Below are positions 29,432 through 39,376 of a DNA stretch of 64,000 bases, piece after piece. The notes under the pieces were generated by a model. That model was not told the origin of the DNA and ran no database searches. It worked only from the letters and a program-made list of their open reading frames with translations. The position numbers were made by a program, and so were the translations under genes. Positions within the stretch are counted from its first letter, which is position 1. The number at the start of each line of letters is the position of its first letter. Origin of the DNA: Candidatus Poribacteria bacterium (GTDB lineage Bacteria; Poribacteria; WGA-4E; WGA-3G); NCBI GenBank assembly GCA_965205015.1, contig OZ242029.1, forward strand, positions 4,512,001 through 4,576,000, in the 5' to 3' direction.

Positions 29432-30202
29432 ATGAAATTGCTATGTATTGGAATTGCACTGCTTTTATGCCTTGGTGCCACCTCGTGGGCATTAGAAGAA
29501 GACGATCCAGCGATTGTTGGTGTATGGCTCTTTGAGGGCAATGCCGATGATGCCACAGACAACGGCAATGACGGAAAGATCAACGGGGCATTTAAGTTTG
29601 AAGACGGTAAATTTGGTAAGGCGGTCGTGGCGAAGGGCGGCGGTAGTATTGATGTCGACGATTCGGACAGTATCCTGAGCGTTGAAGCAGAACTGACAGT
29701 TGCTGCGTGGTTCCGAGTAGATGCCGATTCAGATACCGGGGTCAGAAAAAATGGTGCCTATCTGTTGGAAGACCAATCTGCAAGTGAACCCGTGCCTGAT
29801 GGCTTCTCGTTCAGAATCTGGACAGGTGCCGGAATTACGCCCGGATTTTACGGGCAAACAGAGTTGGAACAGGGAAAATGGTACCATCTCGCTGGAACGT
29901 ACGACGGAAAAATCGTCGAGATGTATGTTGACGGCGAACCTGAAAGTAAAAAAGGCGCGTTGTCATCCAACAAGGCAGATTGGAAACCGGAGTGGAACGG
30001 TAAGGTTAACCCTGGAGAAACACTACAACTCAAATTCGGACCAGAGCCGTTTACCGGTGGCATCGACGAGGTTGTCATTCTCAGTCGCGCCCTTGAGGCG
30101 GATGAAATTAAGCAGCTGCTGAACGGTTGGGACGAGGCTTTCGCCGTTGAACCGGAGGGCAAGTTGGCGACGACATGGGCGAGAGTAAAAATTGCCCGAT
30201 AA
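29432..30202 (+). CDS. secreted LamG-like jellyroll protein
   Basis: W.FEG, GKFGKA, LTVAAW, WYHLAGTYDG, MYVDG, GGIDEV; tail AVEPEGKLATTWARVK. Confidence 0.85.
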   Translation: MKLLCIGIALLLCLGATSWALEEDDPAIVGVWLFEGNADDATDNGNDGKINGAFKFEDGKFGKAVVAKGGGSIDVDDSDSILSVEAELTVAAWFRVDADSDTGVRKNGAYLLEDQSASEPVPDGFSFRIWTGAGITPGFYGQTELEQGKWYHLAGTYDGKIVEMYVDGEPESKKGALSSNKADWKPEWNGKVNPGETLQLKFGPEPFTGGIDEVVILSRALEADEIKQLLNGWDEAFAVEPEGKLATTWARVKIAR

Positions 30203-30219
30203 GCGGAAGGTCGCGATGT

Positions 30220-30245
30220 TGTAGGGGCATCCCTTGTGGGGGCCC
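30220..30245 (+). repeat. GTAG-type REP palindrome
   Basis: TGTAGGGGCATCCCTTGTGGGGGCCC. Confidence 0.6.
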
Positions 30246-30282
30246 AACTATGGATGCTCTTATAACTCCGAATTTGTAGACT

Positions 30283-31791
30283 ATGGCGGATAAATCAACT
30301 ATAATTGGAGAGGTTTTTACCCCGCTGAAATGGGCAAAATGGCTCATCGACAAGTGGGATATTCTCAACGCCTGGATTGATGGGGCACACATCTGCGACC
30401 CAACAGCAGGAAAAGGGGCATTCATCCTCGCGCTTCTGGAGATCGCACGTTATAGAGGGGTCCCTATCACCTCTGACCGTCTATCACGCCTAACGCTCAT
30501 TGAGAGGAACGCTGCCCATCTGGCATGCTTTAGAAACAACGTCAAACAAGAATTCGGTGTTGACTTCCCAGCCTCCCAACTCTTCTGCCAAGATGTAATC
30601 ATGGAACCGCACGCGGGAAAATATGACATTCTTATTGGGAACCCGCCGTGGGTGAATTTCGCGGATCTGCCATCGGATTACAAAGCGCGTGTAAAGCCTT
30701 TTTTTCTCGCAGAAGGGCTGATGCCAGACAGGCAGCAATTGCTCTTAGGTTCCTCTCGTATCGACATCGCCGCACTCGTTCTAAAGATCGCTCTCGGTCA
30801 ATTGCTAAAAGAGAACGGGGTTGGGTATTTCTATCTCCCATTGTCCCTCTTTTTCGGTGATGGTGCACATAGTGGTTTTAGAAATTATCGCGCACATCAA
30901 CGCGATTTCGCCGTAGATACGGTCTATGAATTCGCATCAACCCAAGTATTTAAAGGGGTCAACACATCATACTGTTGCGCTAAATTTCGGTGCGATACGC
31001 GTCAGACTTTCCCAGTTCCATATTTCAGGGAATTGAGTGGAAAATGGACTGAACATAAGGCTGTCCCACTTAACGATTCTGCAGACCTATGGCGGGTTGT
31101 GAGGAACCTCAACGAACTGAATACAGGTACAACCGTTGACCTTAACTTGTCCCCGGCACAAACACCGCGACAGGGTGTGAACACATGCGGTACCAACAGC
31201 ATTTTTATTTTTGAAGATAAGCCTTCACACCTCCCTGAAGCATTTTTGTATCCACTTGCAACAAAGGAAACTTGGCGACAATCGGCATCCTCCGCCCATA
31301 AATGGATACTGCTACCGTATCATCGGGAAACCGGAAAACCGCTCACGCAGCATCAGATTGACCAGCATGTTTCTTTAAAGGAATACCTCCAGAGTGCTGA
31401 AGAGGTGTTACGATCGCGGAAGGGAACGCTTCTCCGAGCGGCGATTGATAGAGGCTATTGGTGGGCACTGCTCGGTGTCGGTCCCTATTCGTTTGCACCG
31501 TTCAAAGTGATGTGGGAGGCATATGGGAGAAGTCGGTTTAACCCAATTGTGCTGAATGATATAGATGGACAGGCGTGGCAAGGCAACCAGTCGATGCATG
31601 CGTTCATCCCGTGCTGGTCTGAAGATGCCGCACAGCGGATTAAAGAAACCCTTGAGAACCCCCAAATTCCGACGCTATTACGGCAGCTCAATGGTGCGGG
31701 TAAACGCAATTGGGCACAACCGGGGAAAATTAAAAAGATTCTTTCATTTAGAGAATCACATGACACGCGAAAGGATCAGGTGTATACATGA
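30283..31791 (+). CDS. N6-adenine DNA methyltransferase (gamma-type), solitary
   Basis: GEVFTP, DPTAGKGAF (motif I), IGNPPW (motif IV). Confidence 0.8.
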   Translation: MADKSTIIGEVFTPLKWAKWLIDKWDILNAWIDGAHICDPTAGKGAFILALLEIARYRGVPITSDRLSRLTLIERNAAHLACFRNNVKQEFGVDFPASQLFCQDVIMEPHAGKYDILIGNPPWVNFADLPSDYKARVKPFFLAEGLMPDRQQLLLGSSRIDIAALVLKIALGQLLKENGVGYFYLPLSLFFGDGAHSGFRNYRAHQRDFAVDTVYEFASTQVFKGVNTSYCCAKFRCDTRQTFPVPYFRELSGKWTEHKAVPLNDSADLWRVVRNLNELNTGTTVDLNLSPAQTPRQGVNTCGTNSIFIFEDKPSHLPEAFLYPLATKETWRQSASSAHKWILLPYHRETGKPLTQHQIDQHVSLKEYLQSAEEVLRSRKGTLLRAAIDRGYWWALLGVGPYSFAPFKVMWEAYGRSRFNPIVLNDIDGQAWQGNQSMHAFIPCWSEDAAQRIKETLENPQIPTLLRQLNGAGKRNWAQPGKIKKILSFRESHDTRKDQVYT

Positions 31792-32735
31792 TACAAAAGA
31801 CAGGGTTCGCCTATCATCCAGACTACCTCAATCACGATACCGGTCCGAACCACCCCGAACGCCCCGATCGGTTACGCGCCAGCTTAGCCGCACTTCAGCA
31901 AAGCGATGTCTGGGAACAGTTGCACCGCATTGAACCGACACCCGCAAGTGTCGCGCAGCTCTGCTACGCACACGAACCGAGCTATCCTGAACACATTCAG
32001 CAATTCTGTGAGCGAGAATTGCCTCTCACCTACGATACACCCGTCGTAAAAGCTTCGTTCGATATAGCAAAACTTTCCGCGGGCGGGGTGCTACGTGTCG
32101 CGGATGCCGTCGTAACGGGAGCCGTGAAAAACGGCTTCGCGATGGTCCGTCCCCCTGGACACCATGCCTCACAGAACCGGAGTATGGGGTTTTGTTTGTT
32201 CAATAATATCGCGATTGCTGCGCGTTATCTTCAACGCGAGCATAGCATTGGGAAGGTCGCAATTGTGGACTGGGATGTCCACCACGGGAACGGCACACAA
32301 GACATTTTCTACGAAGATGAGACGGTCTTCTTTTTCTCTATCCATCAGTCACCGCTCTATCCCGGCACGGGTTCGAGTTACGAACAGGGTAGCGGAAAAG
32401 CGCGCGGCACAACCCTGAACATACCGATGCCCGCGGGGAGCGGTGATAGCGAATACGTCTCGGTCTTTAAGGATGTACTGATCCCCGCTTTAAGAGATTT
32501 CTCGCCTGAGGTCGTATTAATTTCAGCAGGCTTTGATGCGCACTACCTCGACCCACTCGCCGGGACTGAACTCACGGCAGACGGATTTTCCACGCTGACA
32601 GATCTAATTCTTGAATTTGCCGAGGAAACGGCATCGGGACGCGTCGTGTCTGCGCTAGAGGGTGGCTATAGTCTGGAGGGCGTATCTGAATCCATCGTAG
32701 CGCATGTAGAACGGTTGGTTAAGAAGGGCGATTGA
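31788..32735 (+). CDS. histone deacetylase family protein
   Basis: HPERPDR, RPPGHHA, GFCLFNN, DWDVHHGNGTQ, SAGFDAH, LEGGY. Confidence 0.93.
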   Translation: MIQKTGFAYHPDYLNHDTGPNHPERPDRLRASLAALQQSDVWEQLHRIEPTPASVAQLCYAHEPSYPEHIQQFCERELPLTYDTPVVKASFDIAKLSAGGVLRVADAVVTGAVKNGFAMVRPPGHHASQNRSMGFCLFNNIAIAARYLQREHSIGKVAIVDWDVHHGNGTQDIFYEDETVFFFSIHQSPLYPGTGSSYEQGSGKARGTTLNIPMPAGSGDSEYVSVFKDVLIPALRDFSPEVVLISAGFDAHYLDPLAGTELTADGFSTLTDLILEFAEETASGRVVSALEGGYSLEGVSESIVAHVERLVKKGD

Positions 32736-32933
32736 ATGAAGTTTATAGTAAAGTGTGAAAATATGTTGACATTTTGAAAAACAACGAAAAGATAGTAATC
32801 GACAATCAGTCCAGAGATGTTAGAACGATCATAACTGAAAAACCCCTCTTATTTGCTGTTTGACTACTGCTAAATGTCTATAGGTAGAGGCGAACACAAA
32901 GATCCACCTCTACTGTCTCCACTTTTTCTATCA

Positions 32934-33225
32934 AAAGTCTGAGGAAATTCCTTTTTCTTTCGACTTAATATATGCTTCCTCAAGAGATTTATTCCTAGAC
33001 AAGTTTAGCGGTTTCAGATGTTTTTACCAACTTTCGACTCATTCTCCATTTCGTTTGTCTAAAGTGATATGTAGCCGCGTCTTTTGAATTTTCCTTGACA
33101 TAGATCCAAGTTCCATCATCTCTCAGTAGAACTTTCTTACCTTCCTTTGTATAGACAATTTCGTCAGCATTCGCTGAGAATAGCAAAGCAAAAAACACAA
33201 TCAGTACAACACAAAACTTTTTCAT
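32934..33225 (-). pseudogene. truncated/internally deleted secreted protein (DUF3157-like N-terminus)
   Basis: Signal peptide + TKEGKKVLLRDDGTW + FRQTKW.MS..V..SE, stop at 32995; a possible C-terminal remnant IKSLEEAYIKSKEKGISSDF* follows in another frame. Confidence 0.5.
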
Positions 33226-33438
33226 TGTTAATCTCCTTCTACCGTTTCCGATTGAAAATTTTCAATAGAATTTTAACGAAAACATCGATTTGTAGCATAA
33301 ACCGTTAGTTTGTACAGTTTTGTTACACTTTGATATGAGTTGTAAATGCAATAGAATCTCTTAGAAATGGTATAACATCGTACGTTACCGAATTAAAATC
33401 TTGATTTTCATAAAATCGAACCGGCAAAATACCCGTGG

Positions 33439-34155
33439 TTATGTCAGGCAGTTATCAGGTTTCTTTCCGACGTGAATCGAAACGATACCGAACGTTTTCC
33501 GATAGAACTGGACATCCGTCAGTCCACACTGCTCCATAACGACTTTCAAGGCATCGCAATTCGGGAATTTCATGACGGAACGGGGGAGATATCCATAAGC
33601 GTCGTCCTTACTCCGAGAAATAAAGTTTCCGACAAAGGGTAGGATCTTGGTGAAGTAGAAATAGTAGAGGCTCCGAAATAGCGGATTCACAGGCTGCGTA
33701 AACTCCAAGATAACGACTCTACCTCCCGGTGCCGCAACGCGCGCCATCTCGCGTATTCCCATCTCCAAATCTGAAACGTTCCGGATACCGAAACCGACAG
33801 AAACAACGTCGAAGGTATTATCTAAAAACGGAAGGATGAGGGTATCGGCTGCCAGAAAACTGGTGTCTGTCCCTCGGTCCTTCTGTCCCACCTTCTCATC
33901 GCCGATAACCAGCATCTCAAAGCAGAAGTCTGAAGCGATCACAAAACCTTCCGCCCCAATTTTATCGGCATACGCAAGGGCGAGTTCACCCGTGCCAGTA
34001 CAGACATCCAGCACCTTACTTCTTAAGTCAACACCGCTTACTTTGACTGTTTCGCGCCGCCAACTTCTGTCGCGTCTGAGGCTTAAAAGGGCATTAAGAA
34101 AGTCGTAGTGGCGTGCAATGACTGAAAACAGGTTCTTGATTCGATGGGCATGCAT
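33439..34155 (-). CDS. ubiE: demethylmenaquinone/ubiquinone methyltransferase (UbiE/MenG)
   Basis: IARHYDFLN.LLS, LDVCTGTG, GFGIRNV, ILEF, AY.YLP.S. Confidence 0.9.
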   Translation of the reverse strand: MHAHRIKNLFSVIARHYDFLNALLSLRRDRSWRRETVKVSGVDLRSKVLDVCTGTGELALAYADKIGAEGFVIASDFCFEMLVIGDEKVGQKDRGTDTSFLAADTLILPFLDNTFDVVSVGFGIRNVSDLEMGIREMARVAAPGGRVVILEFTQPVNPLFRSLYYFYFTKILPFVGNFISRSKDDAYGYLPRSVMKFPNCDALKVVMEQCGLTDVQFYRKTFGIVSIHVGKKPDNCLT

Positions 34156-34157
34156 AG

Positions 34158-36581
34158 CTACATTCGCAATTCTGCACCTAACTCCCGATTGAGGCGTTTC
34201 ACAACCTCATCGTGAAGGGCATTGACCGCTTTATCTGTCAATGTTTCGGTCGCAGAATGATAGGTAATGGTATAGGCAAGACTCTTCTTACCTTCCGGAA
34301 CCTGTTCACCTTCATAGACATCAAACAGACGCACCGAGTCCACAGCATCCCCACCTGTCATATAGATAAGTTCTGTCGGCATATCCGACAGGACCTCCTT
34401 ATCCACGACGATCGCGAGGTCGCGGGCGACCTTTGGGTAGATGGAAATCGGTTCAAAACGTTTGGCAAATGTAGCAACATCCGCTAAGCCTTCAAGGTCG
34501 AACTCAAAGAGGTATGCCTTATACGGTAAATCGTAATTTTCGAGAACCTCCGGATGAACCTCTCCAAAGACACCGATCCGTTTATCACCCAACAACACTT
34601 CGGCGTTCCTGCCCGGATGGAAGGTGGGAGTGTCTGTGTTCTGTAGCGTCCAATCAACAACGCCACATACCTCAAGCATCCCCTCCACCAATCCTTTGAT
34701 GTCAAAGAAATCTGGAGATCGGTACGGATCGCTATAGACGCCTTCCCCGACTTGCCCAGCGAGAACGCCTGCAGCGCGTTCCGGCTCAAGCGTCGCGATT
34801 CGGAGATCGCGCCTACCGCTTTCGCCATCGTGGAGAAATACACCGCCGATTTCAAAGAGCGCGATCGTATCTATCTGGTGATTCCGGTTATGCTGTGCGT
34901 TTTCGAGCAGTCCTGGCATCAGTGTTGTGCGTAGCACCGACATCTCTGGGCTCAACGGGTTACGGAGTTGCAGGGTGTTACGCAGCGGATCATCGGTATT
35001 CAACCGGATCTTATCAAAACAATTGGGGTCACAAAAACTGTAATTCACCGCCTCCATCATTCCAGTCCCGAGGAGAAAATGTTTGATACACCTGCGGACT
35101 TCGGTTTTTGGGTTCGATGCCGGGACAGGGATGTCGCCTTTGGGCAATGTTGTCGGAATATTATCGTAGCCGTAGACCCGCGCGATTTCCTCAATGAGGT
35201 CGATTTCTCGGGTGACATCAGCCCTGAAAGTCGGTACAGTGACTTGATAGACCTCACCGGTAGTGTCGACGTCGAAACCGAGACGGTTCAGAATCTGCGC
35301 CATTTCCGCCGCTTCGAGTGTCGTCCCTAATACGAAATTGACGCGTTCAGGACGGAGTTGAATCTGGGCCAAAGGCTGCTGCCTCGGATAGACATCAACG
35401 ATGCCTTCAGAGATTCTGCCACCCGCTAATTCGGTAATGAGCTGTGCCGCACGGTCAAGCGCAGTGAGGACTGCACCCGGGTCAGCCCCGCGCTCAAATC
35501 TGTAGGAGGCTTCTGTGCTGATTCCGAGCGCCTTTGCGGTCGCACGAACACTCGATGGATTGAAATAGGCACTCTCCAGCAGAACATCACAGGTCGCGCC
35601 CGTGATTTCCGAATCGTAACCCCCCATAATTCCAGCAAGTGCGACAGGTTTTTCGGCATCAGCGATAACGAGCATATCGGGTGCGAGTTCGCGTTCAACT
35701 GCGTCGAGCGTTGTAATGTGTTCACCCGCCGTCGCGCGGCGCACAACAATACGGTTCTCCGTGAGCTTGTGATAATCAAAGGCGTGGAGCGGCTGTCCAT
35801 ATTCCATTAAGACGAAGTTGGTGACATCGACAATATTGTTAATAGCACCTATACCGACAGATTCAAGCCGTTGTTGCAACCATACTGGGGATTCCGTCAC
35901 TTTAACACCGTGAATGACGCGTGCTGCGTACCGCGGGCAAAGATCCGGGGCATCGATCGTAACAGAGGTCAGGTCTCGGACGTTGATGTTATTTTCCTTC
36001 AGCGCAACAGTAGGTAGTTTTAAAGGATTGCCGGTTTCCGCTCGGATTTCGCGAGCGACACCGATCAGGCTGAGACAATCCGGACGGTTGGGTGTAATCT
36101 CCAGTTCAAACACGACATCGTCCAATCCGAGAGCCTCTGAAAGGGGTGTTCCAATCGGTATATCCGTCGGTAATTCCATCAAACCGGCGGCATCTTCAGA
36201 AAGTGCTAATTCCTTTTCAGAGCAGAGCATCCCTTCCGAAGTCTCGCCGCGCAGTTTTGCGCGTTTAATTGTCAAACCGACGGGTAGTGTCGTTCCGATC
36301 GTCGCAACAGGCGCGAGCATCCCCTCTCGGACATTCGGGGCACCGCAGACAATCTGAAGTGTTTCTGTCTCACCGGTATCTACCTGACACAGAACAAGTT
36401 TATCGGCGTTTGGGTGCGGCCGGATTGAGGTAACACTCCCCACAATTACACCTTCGAGCTCGGCACCGAGTTGTTTGATAGATTCAACTTCAACACCTAA
36501 CATCGTCAACCGATCAGCGAGTTCGCTTGGGGAAAACTCAAAATTGATGTAGTTTTTAAGCCAATTTAGGGTTACATTCAT
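34158..36581 (-). CDS. pheT: phenylalanine--tRNA ligase beta subunit
   Basis: HPNADKL, IVCGAPN, ITPNRPD, GQPLHAFD, SYRFERG, DLIEEIAR, FDX-ACB domain. Confidence 0.97.
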   Translation of the reverse strand: MNVTLNWLKNYINFEFSPSELADRLTMLGVEVESIKQLGAELEGVIVGSVTSIRPHPNADKLVLCQVDTGETETLQIVCGAPNVREGMLAPVATIGTTLPVGLTIKRAKLRGETSEGMLCSEKELALSEDAAGLMELPTDIPIGTPLSEALGLDDVVFELEITPNRPDCLSLIGVAREIRAETGNPLKLPTVALKENNINVRDLTSVTIDAPDLCPRYAARVIHGVKVTESPVWLQQRLESVGIGAINNIVDVTNFVLMEYGQPLHAFDYHKLTENRIVVRRATAGEHITTLDAVERELAPDMLVIADAEKPVALAGIMGGYDSEITGATCDVLLESAYFNPSSVRATAKALGISTEASYRFERGADPGAVLTALDRAAQLITELAGGRISEGIVDVYPRQQPLAQIQLRPERVNFVLGTTLEAAEMAQILNRLGFDVDTTGEVYQVTVPTFRADVTREIDLIEEIARVYGYDNIPTTLPKGDIPVPASNPKTEVRRCIKHFLLGTGMMEAVNYSFCDPNCFDKIRLNTDDPLRNTLQLRNPLSPEMSVLRTTLMPGLLENAQHNRNHQIDTIALFEIGGVFLHDGESGRRDLRIATLEPERAAGVLAGQVGEGVYSDPYRSPDFFDIKGLVEGMLEVCGVVDWTLQNTDTPTFHPGRNAEVLLGDKRIGVFGEVHPEVLENYDLPYKAYLFEFDLEGLADVATFAKRFEPISIYPKVARDLAIVVDKEVLSDMPTELIYMTGGDAVDSVRLFDVYEGEQVPEGKKSLAYTITYHSATETLTDKAVNALHDEVVKRLNRELGAELRM
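34792..34818 (-). repeat. GTAG-type REP in frame within pheT
   Basis: CGGTAGGCGCGATCTCCGAATCGCGAC encodes GRRDLRIAT. Confidence 0.6.
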
Positions 36582-36583
36582 AA

Positions 36584-37417
36584 CTAACGAAGCTCCGGTA
36601 TGCTATGCCGGCGTTTCAAGTCCCCCCAGGCAATCGGCAACTTTGCGCGAGGTGAGACATCAAAGGGGACGAGAAGATCTTCAAAGTACTCAAACTGCGC
36701 GATCTGCTTACCTTTTCCATCACAGATCCCGGCGTAGACACCGACTTCAAGCGGTTCCTCGAACTCTTGCTCGGTTTCGCCGATGTCTATCCATGCGTCC
36801 TTAGCTTTCCGTTTCCACCACGCCGTAAAGGTATCCTTCTCACGGCGGAGTCTCATGTAAAGCGCCATTTCACCTACTGGGTCCTGGAAACCGGGAACGA
36901 CCCCAATAAGCCCTTCACCGGCATCGAATTGCCGTTTCTGATATTGGATGACAGCGTTGTTGTTTTGCGCGGGACCCCGACCCCAGAGCTTAATCGTCAC
37001 CCATTCGCCCTCGCGTCCTTGATGATCCTTTGTAGTCGGTGAGTACGCAACAACACCCGCGACAACACAAGCATCTTCGTAGTCCATAAAGAGATGCGTT
37101 TCTATATCGAAGTCCCCTTCGTGTTCCTGATAGAGGCGATTTGTCGTGTCTGCGGGCCAGAGATTCCGGTTCAGTTCCCCTTTAATATGAAGCCATCCAG
37201 CCTTCGTTTTGCCCATATCCCACTCTTTCGGTTCAACGCCCTCTTCGTCGGAAGTCTTCCACTTCCAATTCGGGTTCTTCAAGGCGTTTCCATCAAAAGG
37301 GTCCCCGAGGGAGTCCGCGGCTTGTACGGAAGTTATGCCGTAGAGCATCGCGAAGCCGATACACAATAAAATAACCGCTTGTTTCAAATTCTGTCTCCAT
37401 AAAAGAACTGGCGGCAT
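36584..37417 (-). CDS. secreted ConA-like/DUF1349-like beta-sandwich protein
   Basis: Signal peptide; DFDIET, LRREKDTF.AWW, LEVGVYA; tail DVSPRAKLPIAWGDLK. Confidence 0.7.
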   Translation of the reverse strand: MPPVLLWRQNLKQAVILLCIGFAMLYGITSVQAADSLGDPFDGNALKNPNWKWKTSDEEGVEPKEWDMGKTKAGWLHIKGELNRNLWPADTTNRLYQEHEGDFDIETHLFMDYEDACVVAGVVAYSPTTKDHQGREGEWVTIKLWGRGPAQNNNAVIQYQKRQFDAGEGLIGVVPGFQDPVGEMALYMRLRREKDTFTAWWKRKAKDAWIDIGETEQEFEEPLEVGVYAGICDGKGKQIAQFEYFEDLLVPFDVSPRAKLPIAWGDLKRRHSIPELR

Positions 37418-37461
37418 TATAGCCGCCAGTGATTCAAAGTAGCTGCGATCAGAACCTGCGA

Positions 37462-38247
37462 CTACTGTTGTCCTTTCAATTCACCCCACGTAACGGCGAG
37501 GCGCCCGCGTGGATCAACCGGAGTCGCTGGACTCGACGCTTCTCGGAAGTAGTCAAAGGTAACAGTCATCTTACCGGCACCTTGGCCTTCGCAGATACCG
37601 ACGTAGATGCCGACCTCAAGCGGTTCTTCGAGTTCGTTGGTCGCTTTACCGACCGAGACCCAGTCGCCTTCTGCATTCGGCTTGAACCATGATTCGTATT
37701 CGTCGCCATCGCGCTTGACGCGCAGTTCAAGCGGAATAACGCCTTGATCTGGATTGTAATCGGCTTGCGTGCCGACATATCCCAAATCGGCAGAATCATT
37801 TTCACGCCGTTGATACTGGAGCACGGCATTATTACCTTGGGCAGCACCGCGTCCCCACAACTTCAAGGTCACCCATTGCCCATCGCGGTTCTGGTGATCC
37901 TTCGTTGTCGCGGAATACACGACGATACCGGCTACAGTGCAAGCATCAGCGTAATCGACAACCATTGACGTTTCAATGTCAAACTGATCCATGTCTGTGA
38001 CTTGATAGAAACGCGTGGAGGTATCAGAACCCCACAAGTTCTGATCGAAACCTGCCTCGGCAACGAGGAGTCCGTCTTTTAGTTCCCATGGGCTCTTATC
38101 ACCATCCTTGACCTGCCAGAAGGATTGGAGGTCTTGACCGGTTCCAATGAATTCGTCGCTCATCAAGGTTTGCGCGAAAACGCTGGGAATGAGACATACG
38201 GACAAAAATAAAATTGTAACTATACAAGTAATCTGTTTCATTAACAT
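37462..38247 (-). CDS. secreted ConA-like/DUF1349-like protein (tandem paralog)
   Basis: Shares TTKDHQ.R.G.WVT.KLWGRG.AQ.NNAV.QYQ.R with 36584-37417; tail PVDPRGRLAVTWGELK. Confidence 0.7.
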   Translation of the reverse strand: MLMKQITCIVTILFLSVCLIPSVFAQTLMSDEFIGTGQDLQSFWQVKDGDKSPWELKDGLLVAEAGFDQNLWGSDTSTRFYQVTDMDQFDIETSMVVDYADACTVAGIVVYSATTKDHQNRDGQWVTLKLWGRGAAQGNNAVLQYQRRENDSADLGYVGTQADYNPDQGVIPLELRVKRDGDEYESWFKPNAEGDWVSVGKATNELEEPLEVGIYVGICEGQGAGKMTVTFDYFREASSPATPVDPRGRLAVTWGELKGQQ

Positions 38248-38531
38248 CTCCTTTCTATTTTTTACGTACAGGACGACCTTTTTTGGTATCCAATAGGATT
38301 CTTTTACCTGTCAGATGACTCTTGGTTCGTCCGTACAGATGATTCATCTGAAATATATTAACACACTGATTGGAAAAAATCAACTTTTTTCGGGCAGTTT
38401 CGTAATTAACATAATGTGAAAAAGCAGATATCCTTGCAATTCATGCTCAGACTATGTTAAAATTGCAAAAATCGCAGAATTGATGCGAAAAGCATTTTGA
38501 ATTACAAGTTGTGTCCTTTAGGAGGTCGTGT

Positions 38532-39296
38532 ATGAAGATAGGTATTCGGGACGGGATGTTGCCCGTTCCTTTTGAAGAATCGTTTCAGAAAGCGAAAGAG
38601 ATCGGGTTCGATGGTGTCGAGATTTGCATGGGAGTCAACTACCGTGAACATTTGCTCTGGCAAGATGGCGGAATTGATAAAGTGAACAGTTTGGCAGAAG
38701 CCGCGGACATTGAGGTATCTTCACTGTCCCCGGGTGGCTTCACTGCATATTCGTTTATGCATCCGACCGATAGCACGCGGACCGAGGGGATCGCAAAATT
38801 GCAATATCTGGCAGAAACATGTCCGCAACTCGGCGCGAAAGTGATTTTGGTTCCGTTTTTCGGGAATGGTCAGATCAAAGATGAACACATCAGCGCATCA
38901 CGGTTTATTGATGGTCTGAAAATGGCTGCTGAAACCGCTGAGAAACACGGTGTTTTCCTCGCTATTGAATCCACTTTAAGTGCCGAACAACATCAACAGA
39001 TCATTGATAACGTCGGTTCGTCAGCCGTAGGGGTTTATTACGATATGGGGAACGCCACAGGATTCGGTTACGACTCGCCGTCTGAAATTCGGAACTTGGG
39101 CGGGGCAATCGTACAGATGCACATCAAGGACACCAATGGCAATCACGCCGGTGAAGGCGATGTTGACTTCCCTGCCGTCTTTGAGGCTGTCCACGCCGTT
39201 GGATACGATAGTTGGTTTGTCTTAGAAACCCCCAGTAAAGATGATCCGGTTGCGTCCGCCGCAAAAAACCTCGATTTTGTGAGACATAGTTTTTGA
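38532..39296 (+). CDS. sugar phosphate isomerase/epimerase family protein
   Basis: GFDGVE, ILVPFF, AIE, YYDMGN, HIKD, GEGDVDF, VLET. Confidence 0.85.
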   Translation: MKIGIRDGMLPVPFEESFQKAKEIGFDGVEICMGVNYREHLLWQDGGIDKVNSLAEAADIEVSSLSPGGFTAYSFMHPTDSTRTEGIAKLQYLAETCPQLGAKVILVPFFGNGQIKDEHISASRFIDGLKMAAETAEKHGVFLAIESTLSAEQHQQIIDNVGSSAVGVYYDMGNATGFGYDSPSEIRNLGGAIVQMHIKDTNGNHAGEGDVDFPAVFEAVHAVGYDSWFVLETPSKDDPVASAAKNLDFVRHSF

Positions 39297-39376
39297 GGCA
39301 GTGATAGAGGTGACATTCGTTATCAGAAATTTATGCACTTCAATATTGGCCCCCGTTTCATGATGAAGGAGGTGGC

